Shown piece after piece: positions 11,753 through 24,392 of a DNA stretch of 64,000 nt. Position numbers and translations under genes: made by a program. Position 1 is the first letter of the stretch; every line of letters begins with the position of its first letter. The notes under the pieces were generated by a model that ran no database searches, was not told the origin of the DNA, and saw only the letters and a program-made list of their open reading frames with translations. Origin of the DNA: Chiloscyllium plagiosum. Lineage: Eukaryota. Location: contig NC_057752.1 in the NCBI RefSeq assembly GCF_004010195.1, positions 11,784,298 through 11,848,297 of the forward strand, read 5' to 3'.

Positions 11753-13799
11753 TAGAAACCACCTAAATTTTATACCTGAATTAATTTTTTGGAAAACTGC
11801 TGGGAACAACGATGTGTTCCATATTTCAAAGTTCAGAGAGTAATATAAAGGTCAGAAGCATTAAAATGTTTTTGAAAACCAGGTATGAATGGTATAGCAA
11901 GGGTTCCATCCATGGACTTAAAAGAAGCTGATCTTGCCCATGACACTCATAAGTGACACCTTGGACCCGTCCAGTGATTAGCAATTGCAGTTGTTTCTGT
12001 AGTTCATTCAAAATGTCCATTTGCTTGTGAACAAGGCACTTGCCATCCCTGACCTTGTTATGATGATCTCATTGTCTTGATCGAAAATTTTGTTTTTATT
12101 TTATGAGAGGGTGATGTTTTGTTCCTTACTGAAGCCACACTACTTGACTACAATGTCCAGCATCTGTCTTACCCAAATTGCTGTGGTGGTGGCATTGCTC
12201 TTCTTACCAAATCTAACTATGTTTGCTTATTTCACTCCTGTTGTACTTTCCCACCCTTTGAACATTTTCATCCACTCCTCACACACCTCTTTTAAAGTCT
12301 GCATTCTCTACTCAACCCAAGTTTGAGATATCTTCCCTCCTTTCTCTTTGGACAGTTCCATCATCAGTCCAACTCCCCTTTTCCTTTTTTTGCATTCATA
12401 ACCTGCCTTTGTTTCATACTCATTCTACTACTCCTATTCACCCATATCCCCTTGACCACCTCTTGACCTATGGTCTCCGACTACTTCCTTGTATCCCTCA
12501 CCACCCACGTCATCTGACCCCCTTCCTTCTGCATCCATCCCTCGGAAGAAACTCTTTTTTTCGCTACCTGTTGTCACCCAATGTAAAGTATAATTTCACT
12601 CTAGTTATAACTGTCCAGTCTTTTGTTTTCCATTCATCACAATACTTCTGCAGCTATTTATTTTCTGAACTGATGCCTCAGATGCCTTTGTCCCCAGTAA
12701 AATCCATACTAATTTCTTGTTATGTGGCCCTGTCTTTAACTCCTTAATTACATTTTGTTTCAACATTCCCATAATAATCTCCCCATGATCATATTTATTA
12801 TGGGTTATGTCTATGGATATCCATCATTATGATTGAGCAATGTGGCCATCCAGTTTCTACAAGATTGCTTCTGAAATTATTCAGTCAGTATTTTTGTTCC
12901 TCAGTATACAAATAAGTATGTACAGTAGAATGACATGTCTCATGGTGAAAATGAAATGAATTATTTGAATTACCTTTATAATGCTTTGTTAAACCTTTTT
13001 ACTTCAAGGCCCTACTCTCTCCCAGGAGCCTGACCTTGAACTTTATATTTTGGGCCCAGACCTCAAACACTGGGATAAATTTGCAAAGTGCAGTTTAAGT
13101 ATGTGCCAAACACCTAACTTGCCAATTTTGGGATGAATTAGTCAACTCTTGTAATCAGTTATTTTCATTGAACATCTAAATATTAACCTCAGCTTTTCAC
13201 AAACTTAAGAAAAAATATTTCAAAGGTTTCTGGATGCCAAATTTGAGGTTTGTCAAATAAACATAAAGGGTTTGTATGTGAGAGACAAAAATGAATATGT
13301 TCTGGTTACAATACTGATTTTGTTTTGTTCTGGTTTTGTTTTGTATCAAATTTAGAAAATCTATTAATACCAAGTTTGGTGATGGGGGAGAGAAAAGAGA
13401 GAGAAATGTGTGCAAAAAATGAGCACACTTTTGCATGCTAACTCAATTAGAAAGCGAATATGAATTCAGAGGATAAGTCTTTAATTCCATGTTCAGAGAA
13501 CATTTTAGAGTTAACTAATTGCCTCATCTGTTGTCAGTTACAAAAAAAGCAAATGAGACAAAGATTTGACTGTCTAACACTGTATCTCAGGGAAAGAAGT
13601 GCAAGACAAAGAGGAGGGAATTATGTAGTGGAAAATGTAGGATAAAGAGAAATCTGGGTGACTGGGGAAGGGAATGGGAAGGACATTGTTAACAATACAT
13701 ATGGTACGTGGAGAAATATGATTTCTGTAAACTGTTCATTCATTTTTTAATATTGCTGTCTCATCCTCTTCACTCTGTCTGTATCTCTGATAGAGTAAT

Positions 13800-14123
13800 T
13801 TAGATTAGATTAGATTAGATTAGATTACAGTGTGGAAACAGGCCCTTCGGCCCAACAGGTCCACACCGACCCGCCGAAGCGCAACCCACCCATACCCCTA
13901 CATTTACCCCTTTACCTAACACTACGGGCAATTTAGCATGGCCAATTCGCCTAACCTGCACATCTTTGGACTGTGGGAGGAAACCGGAGCGCCCGGAGGA
14001 AACCCACGCAGACACGGAGAGAATGTGCAACCTCCACACAGTCAGTCGCCTGAGGCGGGAATTGAACCCGGGTCTCAGGCGCTGTGAGGCAGCAGTGCTA
14101 ACCACTGTGCCACCGTGCCGCCC
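13800..14123 (-). mobile_element. HE1-like tRNA-derived SINE, young copy with (ATCTA)n tail
   Basis: Full length, CpGs retained, (TAGAT)n tail at 13800-13826. Confidence 0.9.
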
Positions 14124-14129
14124 GATACA

Positions 14130-14990
14130 GAACAAGATCTTTCAGCTCATAAAATACATGGCAGCTCCCTGCTGAGCAATCCAGTCAGTCCCATTCCCCT
14201 CTTAATTCTTTTGGCTCTGCAAGTTTATTTATTTCAGGTATTTCAATTTTATTTTGACAACATTGATCATCTTTACTTGAGGTCCACACAGGAGAAAAAA
14301 AAAATCAGAGAGGACACTTGTCATTTACGCCATCATATACCACAATTTCAAGACTCACTCACTTCCCTGCTAAATATTCTGTAGGCACCAAGTTCCAAGT
14401 CATTCCCACTCACTGTGTACAAGAGTTCTTCCTCACGTTCCTCCTGCACGTCTTGTTCGAAAACTTAAACCTGTGTCGCCTCATCCTTTGTATAGTCAGC
14501 TCATGGGAGTTTTCTCCTTGGCCACCTTACCTAAACCTGTTATTATAATGTACATTTCAAAACAATCTCCTCTCAACTCCTATAATTGAAGGAGAACAAC
14601 TTTAGCCTTTTTAACCTAATCTTGTAACTAAAACACCTCATCCTGAAATGATTCTGGTAAATTTAATCCTCACCCGCTCAAGGACCTCCACACCTTTCCT
14701 GAAACATGACCACAACTGGATGCAGTGCTCGTAAGCATGGCCTAACCAAAGCTTAATAAAGGTTCAGCATAACTTCATGCATTTTTATTCCATGCTTCTA
14801 TTCATGAAGCTCAAGATTCTGTACGTTTTGCCAACCTCACACTTTTATGTCCTGTCACATTCAAAGGTCTCTACACATGCACCATTGGGTCCCTCTGTCC
14901 CTGCACACTTTAGGACTTTGCCATTAAATCTCTTTGACCTTGCTGTATCCCTTGTGCCAAAATGCATCATCTCACACTTCCATCCCTACC
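14130..14990 (-). mobile_element. Degraded CR1 LINE 3' fragment with internal foreign insertion
   Basis: CR1 RT C-terminal/3' UTR-like sequence interrupted by the 14278-14381 duplicate block. Confidence 0.6.
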
Positions 14991-16369
14991 TCCATATTTG
15001 TACTTTCACTTGAACTTGATATGGAGAATAATCCATAGGCATAGACCCTTGAGGTCTAACTTTTTATCTTGCTCCCTAGTTCCTGAAATTATATTTCATT
15101 GGCAACCTACCTTCTTGCTCCGGTGTTCCGTGCACGGCAATCGGTTCCAGAAGTCGCTGCCGCGTATGGTCCTCTGAGGTCCAGACAGAAGAAAGAAAAA
15201 TCAGAGAGGACACTTGTGATTTATGTCATCATATACCACAATTTCAGCCTCACTCCCTTCCCTGCTAAATATTCTGCACCTTCTCTGTGATGGCCTTTAA
15301 TCTGCCACCAGGGAGGCAACATATCTATGGAATTCACGATACAGACACAGAAAGGCATGTTTATCCTCCTAAATAAGTAGTGTCCTGAATTTCTTCTCTT
15401 TGCTGTTCACTCTTATATAGTCCCTTGCCCATTGACACCATTTTTCAATGTGTCATCACTCTTAGCATCTACGTGGTAATATAGAAAATTGTCCAACTAT
15501 GTTCTGTCCATAAAAAAAGCAGTTTAAATCCAAACTGGCCAATTGTGGCCCCATCCACCACTTATTCATCAGCAAAGTGATAGAAAGGGTTATCAACAGG
15601 GCCACCAAACAGAATAAAAACCAAAAAGACCTGTGGATGCTATAAATTAGAAACAAAAGCAGGAATTGCTGGAAAAGCTCAGCAAGTCTGGCAGCATCTG
15701 TGGAGTAAAATCAGAGTTAATGTTTCTGGCCGAGTGACCCCATCAAGTGGGACTTGGACAGCAATAACCTGCTCACTGATACTCAGCTCCTGACCTCAAT
15801 ACATATCACCTGCCCCAACAATTAATTAACTACTAACTAATTAATGATGCTACTGATTAAAATGTAATTTGTGGCCCAATCCTGCCCATGGATCAGCTCT
15901 TCTTTCAATAAATAGTTATACCAACTGAATTTTCCTTGTAAAGATATGTAGGAAGTATTCACCAGGCAAATGAATTACCTTCACAACTTACTCATAGATG
16001 AGAAAAATAGTCGCCAATCAATAAACTACCTGTTTTCCAATGATATCAAGCTTCATTTTCTCAGAACGCAATCACCCCTTTGGGAGACGTAGATTTGTTT
16101 GACTGACTGTCCTCCCCTTCCAACCACTTATCTGTGTGCTGCTAACTGTCCTTCCCCTCTCACCCACTTCTCTTTGTGTTGCTTGCTGCCTGTCTCAAGG
16201 TCCTCCTTCCACAAGTTACTCTAAATGCTGCTGACTGCCTGTCTCAGGATCTTCCTCCTCCTGTCACCCACTCCTCTATGTGCTACTAATTGCCCGCCTC
16301 AGGGTCTTCATCTCACTAGCTCCTCCAGGTACAGCTGACTGCCTCTCCTCTTGCTCACTCCTCTGCAGT

Positions 16370-17970
16370 TCTGACCTCAATTCCAGCTTTGGTCCAGAGG
16401 TGTAGTGAGAGTAACACCCTTGACATCAAGGCCACATATGGCTGAGCATGGTATGAAGGATTCCTAGCAAAACCTGAGTCAGTAGGAATTTGGGTGGGGT
16501 GGGGCTGGTTGGAATCATACCTGGCCCAAAGGAAGATTGTTGTGGTTGTTGGAGGTCAATCATCCCAGCTCCATCTCTGCAGGAGTTCCTCAGGGCCTAG
16601 GTCTAACTATAGCTGCTGCTTCACTATAGAGTCATATAGCACGGAAACAGACCTTTCGGTCCAATTAGTCCACACCGACCATGTTCCGAAACTAAACTAG
16701 CCTGCCTGCACTTGACCCATCTCCCTCCAAACTTTTCCTATTCATGTACTTATACAAATGTCTTTTTAATGTTGTAACTGTACCTGCATCCACCACTTCT
16801 TCTCTCAGTTCATTCCACACATTAACCACTCTGTGTTGAAAAAAAGTTGCCGCTCATGTCCTTTTTAGATCTTTCTCCTTTCACCTTAAAAATATGCCCC
16901 TAATTTTGAACTCCCCCACCTTCGGGAAACCTTTGCTATTCACCTTATCTATGATCCTCATGATTTTATAAACCCTTATAAGGTCACCCCTCAACCTCCT
17001 ATGATCCAGAGGAAAGAGTCCCAGCCTACTTTTATAACCTAAACCCTCCATTCCCAACAACACACTAGTAAATCTTTTCTGAACCCTCTTCCTTCCATCA
17101 GCAGTGGAATATTCATTGATGATTGCACAATATTCAAAACCATTCCTGACTCCTTGGATACAGATTCAGTCCTTGTTCAAGTGGAGCAATACTGGGGCCA
17201 TATCTAGACTTGGGCTGATAAGTGGTAGGGAACATTCATGCCACACAAGTGCCAAGCTCTCCAGCAAGAGAGAATCTAACCATTGCTCCCTAATATTCAT
17301 TGGTGTTGCATCACTGAATGTCTCACTAACAATATTCTGGAGGTACCATTAACCAAAACTGAACTGGACCAGCCATATGAATACCGCAGCTACAAGAACA
17401 GGTCAGGCGTTGCTGAATTCTGCAACAAGTAGCTTAACTCCTAAAACTTCTAAATTTGTCCACCAAGGCACAAGTCATGAGTGTGATGGAATGTGCTCCA
17501 CTTACCTAGTTGAGTGCAGCTCCAATAACTGTCTAGAGGCTTGTCACCACCCAGCATAAAGCGCTCCATTTACCCCACCTGCAACATTCACTCACTCTCC
17601 CACCAACACACAGTTACCAAAGTGTTTAAAATCTACAACATGCACTCCAGCAACTCGCCAATGCTCCTTCAACAGCAATTTCCAATCCCGTAGCCACTGC
17701 CATCTAGAAGAACTAGTGTAGCAGACACATGGGAGCACCATTATCTGCAAGTTCCCCTCCAAGCCACGCACCATCCTAACTTGGAACTGCACTGGTGTTC
17801 CTTCAGTGTTGCTGGGTCAAAGTCCTGATACTCCATTCTTCACAGTGCTATGATGTACAAGGACCACAAGCGGTTTGAAAATGTAACTCACCTTCTTCAG
17901 GGCAATTCAAGATGAGCAATAAATGCTGGCTTAGACAGCAATGTCCAGAACCCATGAACAACTTTTAAAA
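16370..17970 (+). mobile_element. LINE RT fragment (+) with nested CR1 3' fragment (-, ~16627-17090)
   Basis: WLESYLAQRKIVVVVGGQSS on +; RLGLFPLDHRRLRGDLIRVYKIM on -. Confidence 0.75.
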
Positions 17971-18019
17971 AAATATTCATTAGCATTGCTGAAGAATTCC
18001 CCCATTAATCAATAATGTC

Positions 18020-18230
18020 AAACAAAGAACTGGGGATGCTGGAAATTTGAAACAAAAACAGAAATTGATGGAGAAGCTCAACAGGTCTGACAGCATCTTT
18101 GGAGAGAAAGCAGAGTCAACGTTTCAGGTTCAGTGTAGAAGATGGATCAGTGGGCCTGAAACGTTAACTCTGTTTTCTGTCCACAGATGCTGCCAGACCT
18201 GCTGAGTTTCTCAAGCAATATCTGTTTTTG
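18020..18230. mobile_element. Short palindromic Penelope-derived (pLTR-like) element
   Basis: aaaaacagaaattg...cagcatctttggagagaaagcagagtcaacgtttcagg / cctgaaacgttaactctg...gatgctgccagacctg...tctgtttttg are inverted arms; single arms at ~15605-15740, 37580-37705, 49095-49195. Confidence 0.65.
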
Positions 18231-18807
18231 CCCTCATTAATCAACGTACTGCAGTTTGCCATTGACCAGAAATTGAGCCAGACTAGCCATATAATTACTG
18301 TTGCCTCAAAAACAGATCAAAGGCTGGAATTCTCTGCATTCAACTCTCTCCTGTCTTTCCAAAGACTGTGTTCACCATGGGAGACATTCAGTGGTGCAAT
18401 AGATTACTTGCCTAGATCAGTGTGGTTCCAACAAGACTCTCACCAGCCAGGACAATGCCTGATTGATTGGCACCCCATCAACCACCTTAAAACACTTATT
18501 TTCTTCACCACAGGTGCACAATTGCAGCAGTGTGTACCAGCTACAAGATGCACTGTATGAACTCATCATAGCTCCTTTAACACCATCTTCCAAACTTGTG
18601 TCTTGCGCCATCTAGATGAACAAAGGCTACAGGAGGCATGGTTGCACAACCAGCTCCAAGTTCCCTTTCAGGCTATATACCATCCTGACTTGGAAGTTTG
18701 TCTCTGTTCCTTCACTATTTCTAGGTCAAAATCCTGGAGCTCCCTTCCTCACACCACTGTGGGGGTACTTACATCACGTGGACTGCAATGGCTGAAGAAG
18801 GCAGTTT

Positions 18808-19117
18808 AGTGACACCACAGCACCAGGCACCAGGGACCTGGGTTCAATTCCAGCCTCAAGCAACTGTCTGTGGAGTTTGTACGTTCTTCCAGTGTCTGTG
18901 TGGGTTTCCTCCCAGAGTCCAAACATGTGCAGCTTAGGTTGATTAGCCATGCTAAACTGCCCATAGCGTCCAGGGATGTGCAGGCTAGTTGAGGTAGCCA
19001 TGGTAAATACGGGGTTACGGAGATGTTGTTGGGTCTGAGTGGGATGCCCTTTGGAGGGTTGGTGTGGACTCAATGAGCCAAATAGTCTCTTTCCGCACTG
19101 TAAAGATTCTATGATTC
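18808..19117 (+). mobile_element. HE1-related SINE inserted in a LINE tail
   Basis: B box ggttcaattcc, body tgtggagtttgtacgttct, tail ttctatgattc. Confidence 0.7.
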
Positions 19118-19481
19118 TCGAGGGTATATTGGATTAGCCACAAATTTTGGCTTAACCAGCAACTTCTACATTCCATAAATAATTTTCTATAACATGTCTC
19201 ATTGTTCTGAGCCCTTAGTTCCCTGTTGAAACCAAAATTGTTCTCTTGTCAATTTGCCCCTTCTCTACTCACTTTCTCTTAACATGCACAGCAATACAGG
19301 GTATCTACTCTTATATCGTTGTGTATTTTGTCACCTGTAATTCTCTGACTCATTTGTATGTCACCTTTATGAGGTACGGTTTCCTCCTTTGTGCCAGATG
19401 TTTGTGTGCCTTGAATTATACCCACTTTGTGGTTGCACAGAAGCACACATTAAATCAATGTTTTGTTCCTGTTTCGTGTGA

Positions 19482-19706
<225 letters not shown>

Positions 19707-19916
19707 TGATGTGAATTTCAGATTTGCAGTGTATTACATTAATGAAGCAGAAAGATTATAACTTGAGACCAAACCACTTCTAGCATCCCCTTATTGCTGT
19801 TTTCCAAATGGCATTGGCAACAGGTCAAAGTAGACTTACAGCACAAACCAGCTTTACTTTAACAAGTTAGGAGAATGAATCTTGTTTGAATTAATGTTAA
19901 TGTATTCAACTTTTGA

Positions 19917-20132
<216 letters not shown>

Positions 20133-20508
20133 TAGTTTAGTTGGGGCTAATTTGGCATTACCCTCGAGAAAGGAATTTAGCAAAAGAATGTTTGCTGTGT
20201 TACTCAGTTGGAAGCAATTCACCCATTGTGACTATACCTTATGGAACAGGAACTGGACTGTTCGGAAGTCTTAGCCAATATTTCTCCCTCGAGCACCCTT
20301 GCAAAAAATAGACCAAGTCAGCACTGTTTGTGGGGTCTCTCTCTGTAGAAGATGGGTATTGCATTCACTTTCATAACATCAGTAACTTCAAAGTAGTTCA
20401 TAACTGTGAATTGCTTTGGGTGTTTTGATGATGCTACATAAATTGAATTGTTATCATGCCTCCTAAGAAGGCATTTTTTGATTTCATTTCTACTTACTTC
20501 TTCCCTAG

Positions 20509-20571
20509 AGTAAAGCAGCTGCTAGCGCTACCAGAGAGTGGACAGAACAAGAAACACTTTTACTACTCGAG
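20509..20571 (+). CDS. SMARCC2: SMARCC2 coding exon (start of SANT)
   Basis: ttccctag|AGT...CTC GAG|gtaagg; SKAAASATREWTEQETLLLLE. Confidence 0.95.
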
Positions 20572-20619
20572 GTAAGGACGTGGGATTCTATTTCAAGAGC
20601 AATACCAGCACATGCATGA

Positions 20620-21610
20620 CAGCATTTGACAATGTAGTCAATACGTCTGAGCAAAACTGGAGTCAATGGAAATCAGGGGAAAATCTATCTGCTAGTTGGA
20701 GTCATACCTGACATAAAGGAAGATGATTGTGGTAATTGGAGATCAGTTACCCCAGCTCCAGGGCATCTCTGGAAAGGTTCCTCAGGGTAGTGTCCTTGAC
20801 CCAACCATCTTCAACTCCTTCATCAATGACTTTCCCCCCTCCTCAATGTCAGAAGTGGGGATGTTTGCTGATGATTGGTGCTGAATATTGCACATTCCAG
20901 TATCCAGGTTTGGGCTGAAAAGTGGCAAGCAATGGCCAGCTCGAACAAGAGAGAATCGAACCGTCTCCCCTTGGCATGTAGCAGCATTACTGTTATTGAA
21001 ACCTCCACCATCACCATTCAAGAGAGGATTACCATTGGCCGGAAACTGAACTGGACCAGCCACTTAACTATTGTAGCTACAAGAGCAGGTCAGAGTCTAG
21101 GAATTCTAAGATGAGCAACTTACCTCCCATATCCCCACAGTCTGTCCAGCATCTCTGAGGTACAAATCAGGAGTGTGATAGAATACTCTCCGCTTGTCTG
21201 GATGAATGCATCTCCACTCAACATCATCCAGGACAAAGTAGCCCGCTTCATCAGTGACTCATTTGCTGCCTTCAACATGCAGCCCTTGTATCATGGCTTC
21301 AGTGTATACCATCTGCAAGAAGCACTGTTACAACAGCTACCAAACACATGATCTCCAAAACCGAAAAGGCAGGGGCTGCAGATACATGAGAACTTCAAAT
21401 CCCTCTCCAAGCAACAAGTTATCCTGATATGGAAAAACATCACTGTTTCTTCACTGTCACTGGGTCAAAATTCTGGAACTCCCTCACTGCACCAAATTGA
21501 CTGCACTGATTCAGAAATGCAGCTCACTGCCCCCTTGAGGGCAATTGGAAATAGAAAATAAATGCTGGCCTTGCCAGTAAGGCTTACAAAGCATGAATAA
21601 TTTTTTTAAA
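20620..21610 (+). mobile_element. Degraded LINE RT 3' portion
   Basis: GVPQGS-like ttcctcagggtagtgtcc and FADD (atgtttgctgatgat) motifs. Confidence 0.7.
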
Positions 21611-22895
21611 ATTACTTTCTTAATGATTATCCCTTGTGTCCTCCCACATGCATCAGGATAACAGGATTTAATTTTATAGGCATTAATAAGAACCATTATT
21701 ATTCGGTCCAGAATCGATGGGCTGAAGAACCTTTTCTGCACTGTATGACTTTATAAGAGCCGGTCACTCCTCAGGGTGAGGGTAACTCCTTGATAGTGTT
21801 TGTAGATGCCACCAATTCTTTTTTGCAACACTGGATTTGCTTGTTCCAAAGGTCCACTTTAATGGGATTGTGCCAACAGCAGCATAGTTCAGAAAATTGA
21901 GTGTAAAATTTGCCTAGCTCCTGATTCTATCATGACAAGGTTCCAATTATTATGCTACTCTGAACTAAATCAACCAAATTCCCCCCCCACCATCTTTTCA
22001 AAACAAACGTTCAGTCAACCCTCTACCTAGTCAACATCTCACAACTCTCATATCAAAGTTACATTGTTCTTCCAAAAGGCACACCACTTATGCCTTCTGC
22101 TAAAGCTGAACTCTCTCTGTGTCTTCTCCAGGCACTTTTTCCATCAGGTGGATAACTATTGCTATGCTGAACTCGATGTCTAATGTGAGTTAAGCTTGCT
22201 GTCCTGGCTGTTTCCACACAATTCCCAATCAGTGATCACAGGTTCTCATTGACAGCAGGAGCATTCATTGAAAGGAAACTGAAAGAAATAAGGACTTTGG
22301 TTTCCTTTGTGTGTTGGGGATCCTTTGCAGATAGTGATAAAAACGTCACTCCTTCCTTGATTCTCTGTACATCTGAAAATCACTCGGGCTCTGCTCCATG
22401 ATGTCAAAGCTGCAGTCTGCTACATTCTCCAACAAACGGTCATGGATGACTCGAAGGATGTTGAAGCATGTACTTTTGCATTCCCTTCAATCAAAAGATT
22501 GTTCTATCCAGACAGCAGCTATCCATTTTCTTCCTCTTCTCCCATCATCTAGTTTGTGAATCACATGATGCATGTTCCTTAAGTCCTTCATTTCTTTGTT
22601 CCCCTGTCATTTTTTTTTAATCCATGGTACAGACAAGGTGGCTACAGCCTTCTAAAGTCAGGGTTAGTGGTTTGATCTAATTGTAGAATGCAAACTCCAA
22701 AGGAAGATGTCTGAAATTTTGGTTTTGACTCTCCTCTGCACTAATGTTTAATTTTCTACCCTTTGGCACTAAGATCCCAAATCCATTTTCAGAACTGTCT
22801 ACTGACAGGACAATTAAGATTTCAGCCAGAAGGAACCAAGCAATGTAAGCATGGTATGGGGCAGCTGGCTGCGATATGAAACAGTAGTATTCTAA

Positions 22896-23231
<336 letters not shown>

Positions 23232-23309
23232 TAAAATTTTTGAAGTTGAATTGGAAGTCAGGCTGTACTGACTGTAATTTTAGAGTTACAATAGTCCTTG
23301 TTACACATG

Positions 23310-23632
23310 GTGGTTTACTGATCAGCATGAATACAGGGGAGTTGTATAAATTACGGCAAAGACTGTACTGATCAAAATATATACAGGAGAGTTATATAGG
23401 TTATAGATAGGTCTTTACTGATCAGAACATGTACAGAGGAGTTGGAAAGATTGTATATAAAACCGTATGAACAGAATGTGTACAAGAATTATATAGATTA
23501 TAAATAAGATTATATTGATCAGAACATATACAGGAGAGATGTACAGATAGTAGATAGGGTTTTACTGATCAGAATATATACAGGAGAGCTATATAGGTTA
23601 ATATATAGGGCTTCCCTGATCAGAATATCTGT
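23310..23632. repeat. ~50-bp diverged minisatellite (~6-7 copies)
   Basis: Recurring tactgatcagaa(c/t)atatacaggaga at ~23316, 23367, 23416, 23513, 23563, 23615. Confidence 0.8.
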
Positions 23633-24065
23633 AAGCATTTGATACTATGTCGCAAACAGGCATGCGAGCAAGGTTATAGCTAATGGAAGAAAAGAAGCAG
23701 TAACAACACAGGTACTGAATAAATTGAGAGTGAGGAATCAGAGAGAGTCTTGGTTCATTATTGTTTTTCTGACTCGAGGAAGCTTTGTATTGGAGAGCAC
23801 CAGGTAACATATACTCTATTCCCCTACTGATAAAGCCCAGGATGCAATATGTTCCATTATCCATTCTCAACCTGTCCTGCCATGTTCAGTGACCTTTGTT
23901 TTTCCTAATATGTAGTTATGATTTAGATCTTGGTGTATACAAAATACTTCAAGGCTTGCAGACGGTACAAAACGTGGAATCATTGTGAACTGTGAAGGAG
24001 CAATGTCGAACATTAAAAGGGCATGGATAACTTGGTTGAATGGGCAGATAGGTAGCAGATGAAGT

Positions 24066-24392
24066 TAGAATCATAGAATCCCTACAGTGGAAGCAAGCCA
24101 TTTGGTCCATCGAGTCCACACCACCCTCTGAAGAGCATCCCACCCACACCATCCCTGTAACGCTGCATTTCCCATGGTTTATCCACCTCGACACTATGGG
24201 CAATTTAGCACGGCCAGTCCACCTGACCTGCACACCTTTGGACTGTGGGAAGAAATCAGACCACCCAGAGGAAACCTGCACAGAAACGGGGAGAATGTGC
24301 AAACTCCACACAGACAAGTTATCTGAGGGTGGGATTGAACCCAGGTCCTTGGCACTGTGAGGCAGCAGTGCTAACCACTGAACTACATGCTG
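24066..24392 (-). mobile_element. HE1-related SINE within a CR1 fragment
   Basis: gcagcagtgctaaccactga head, aaactccacacagac body, tagaatcatagaatc tail. Confidence 0.8.

Noticed and set aside
22400..22660. Possible THAP-domain transposon remnant on the minus strand (RRGRKWIAAV)
   Set aside because: Only one short motif; the Cys/His ligands and element termini could not be identified
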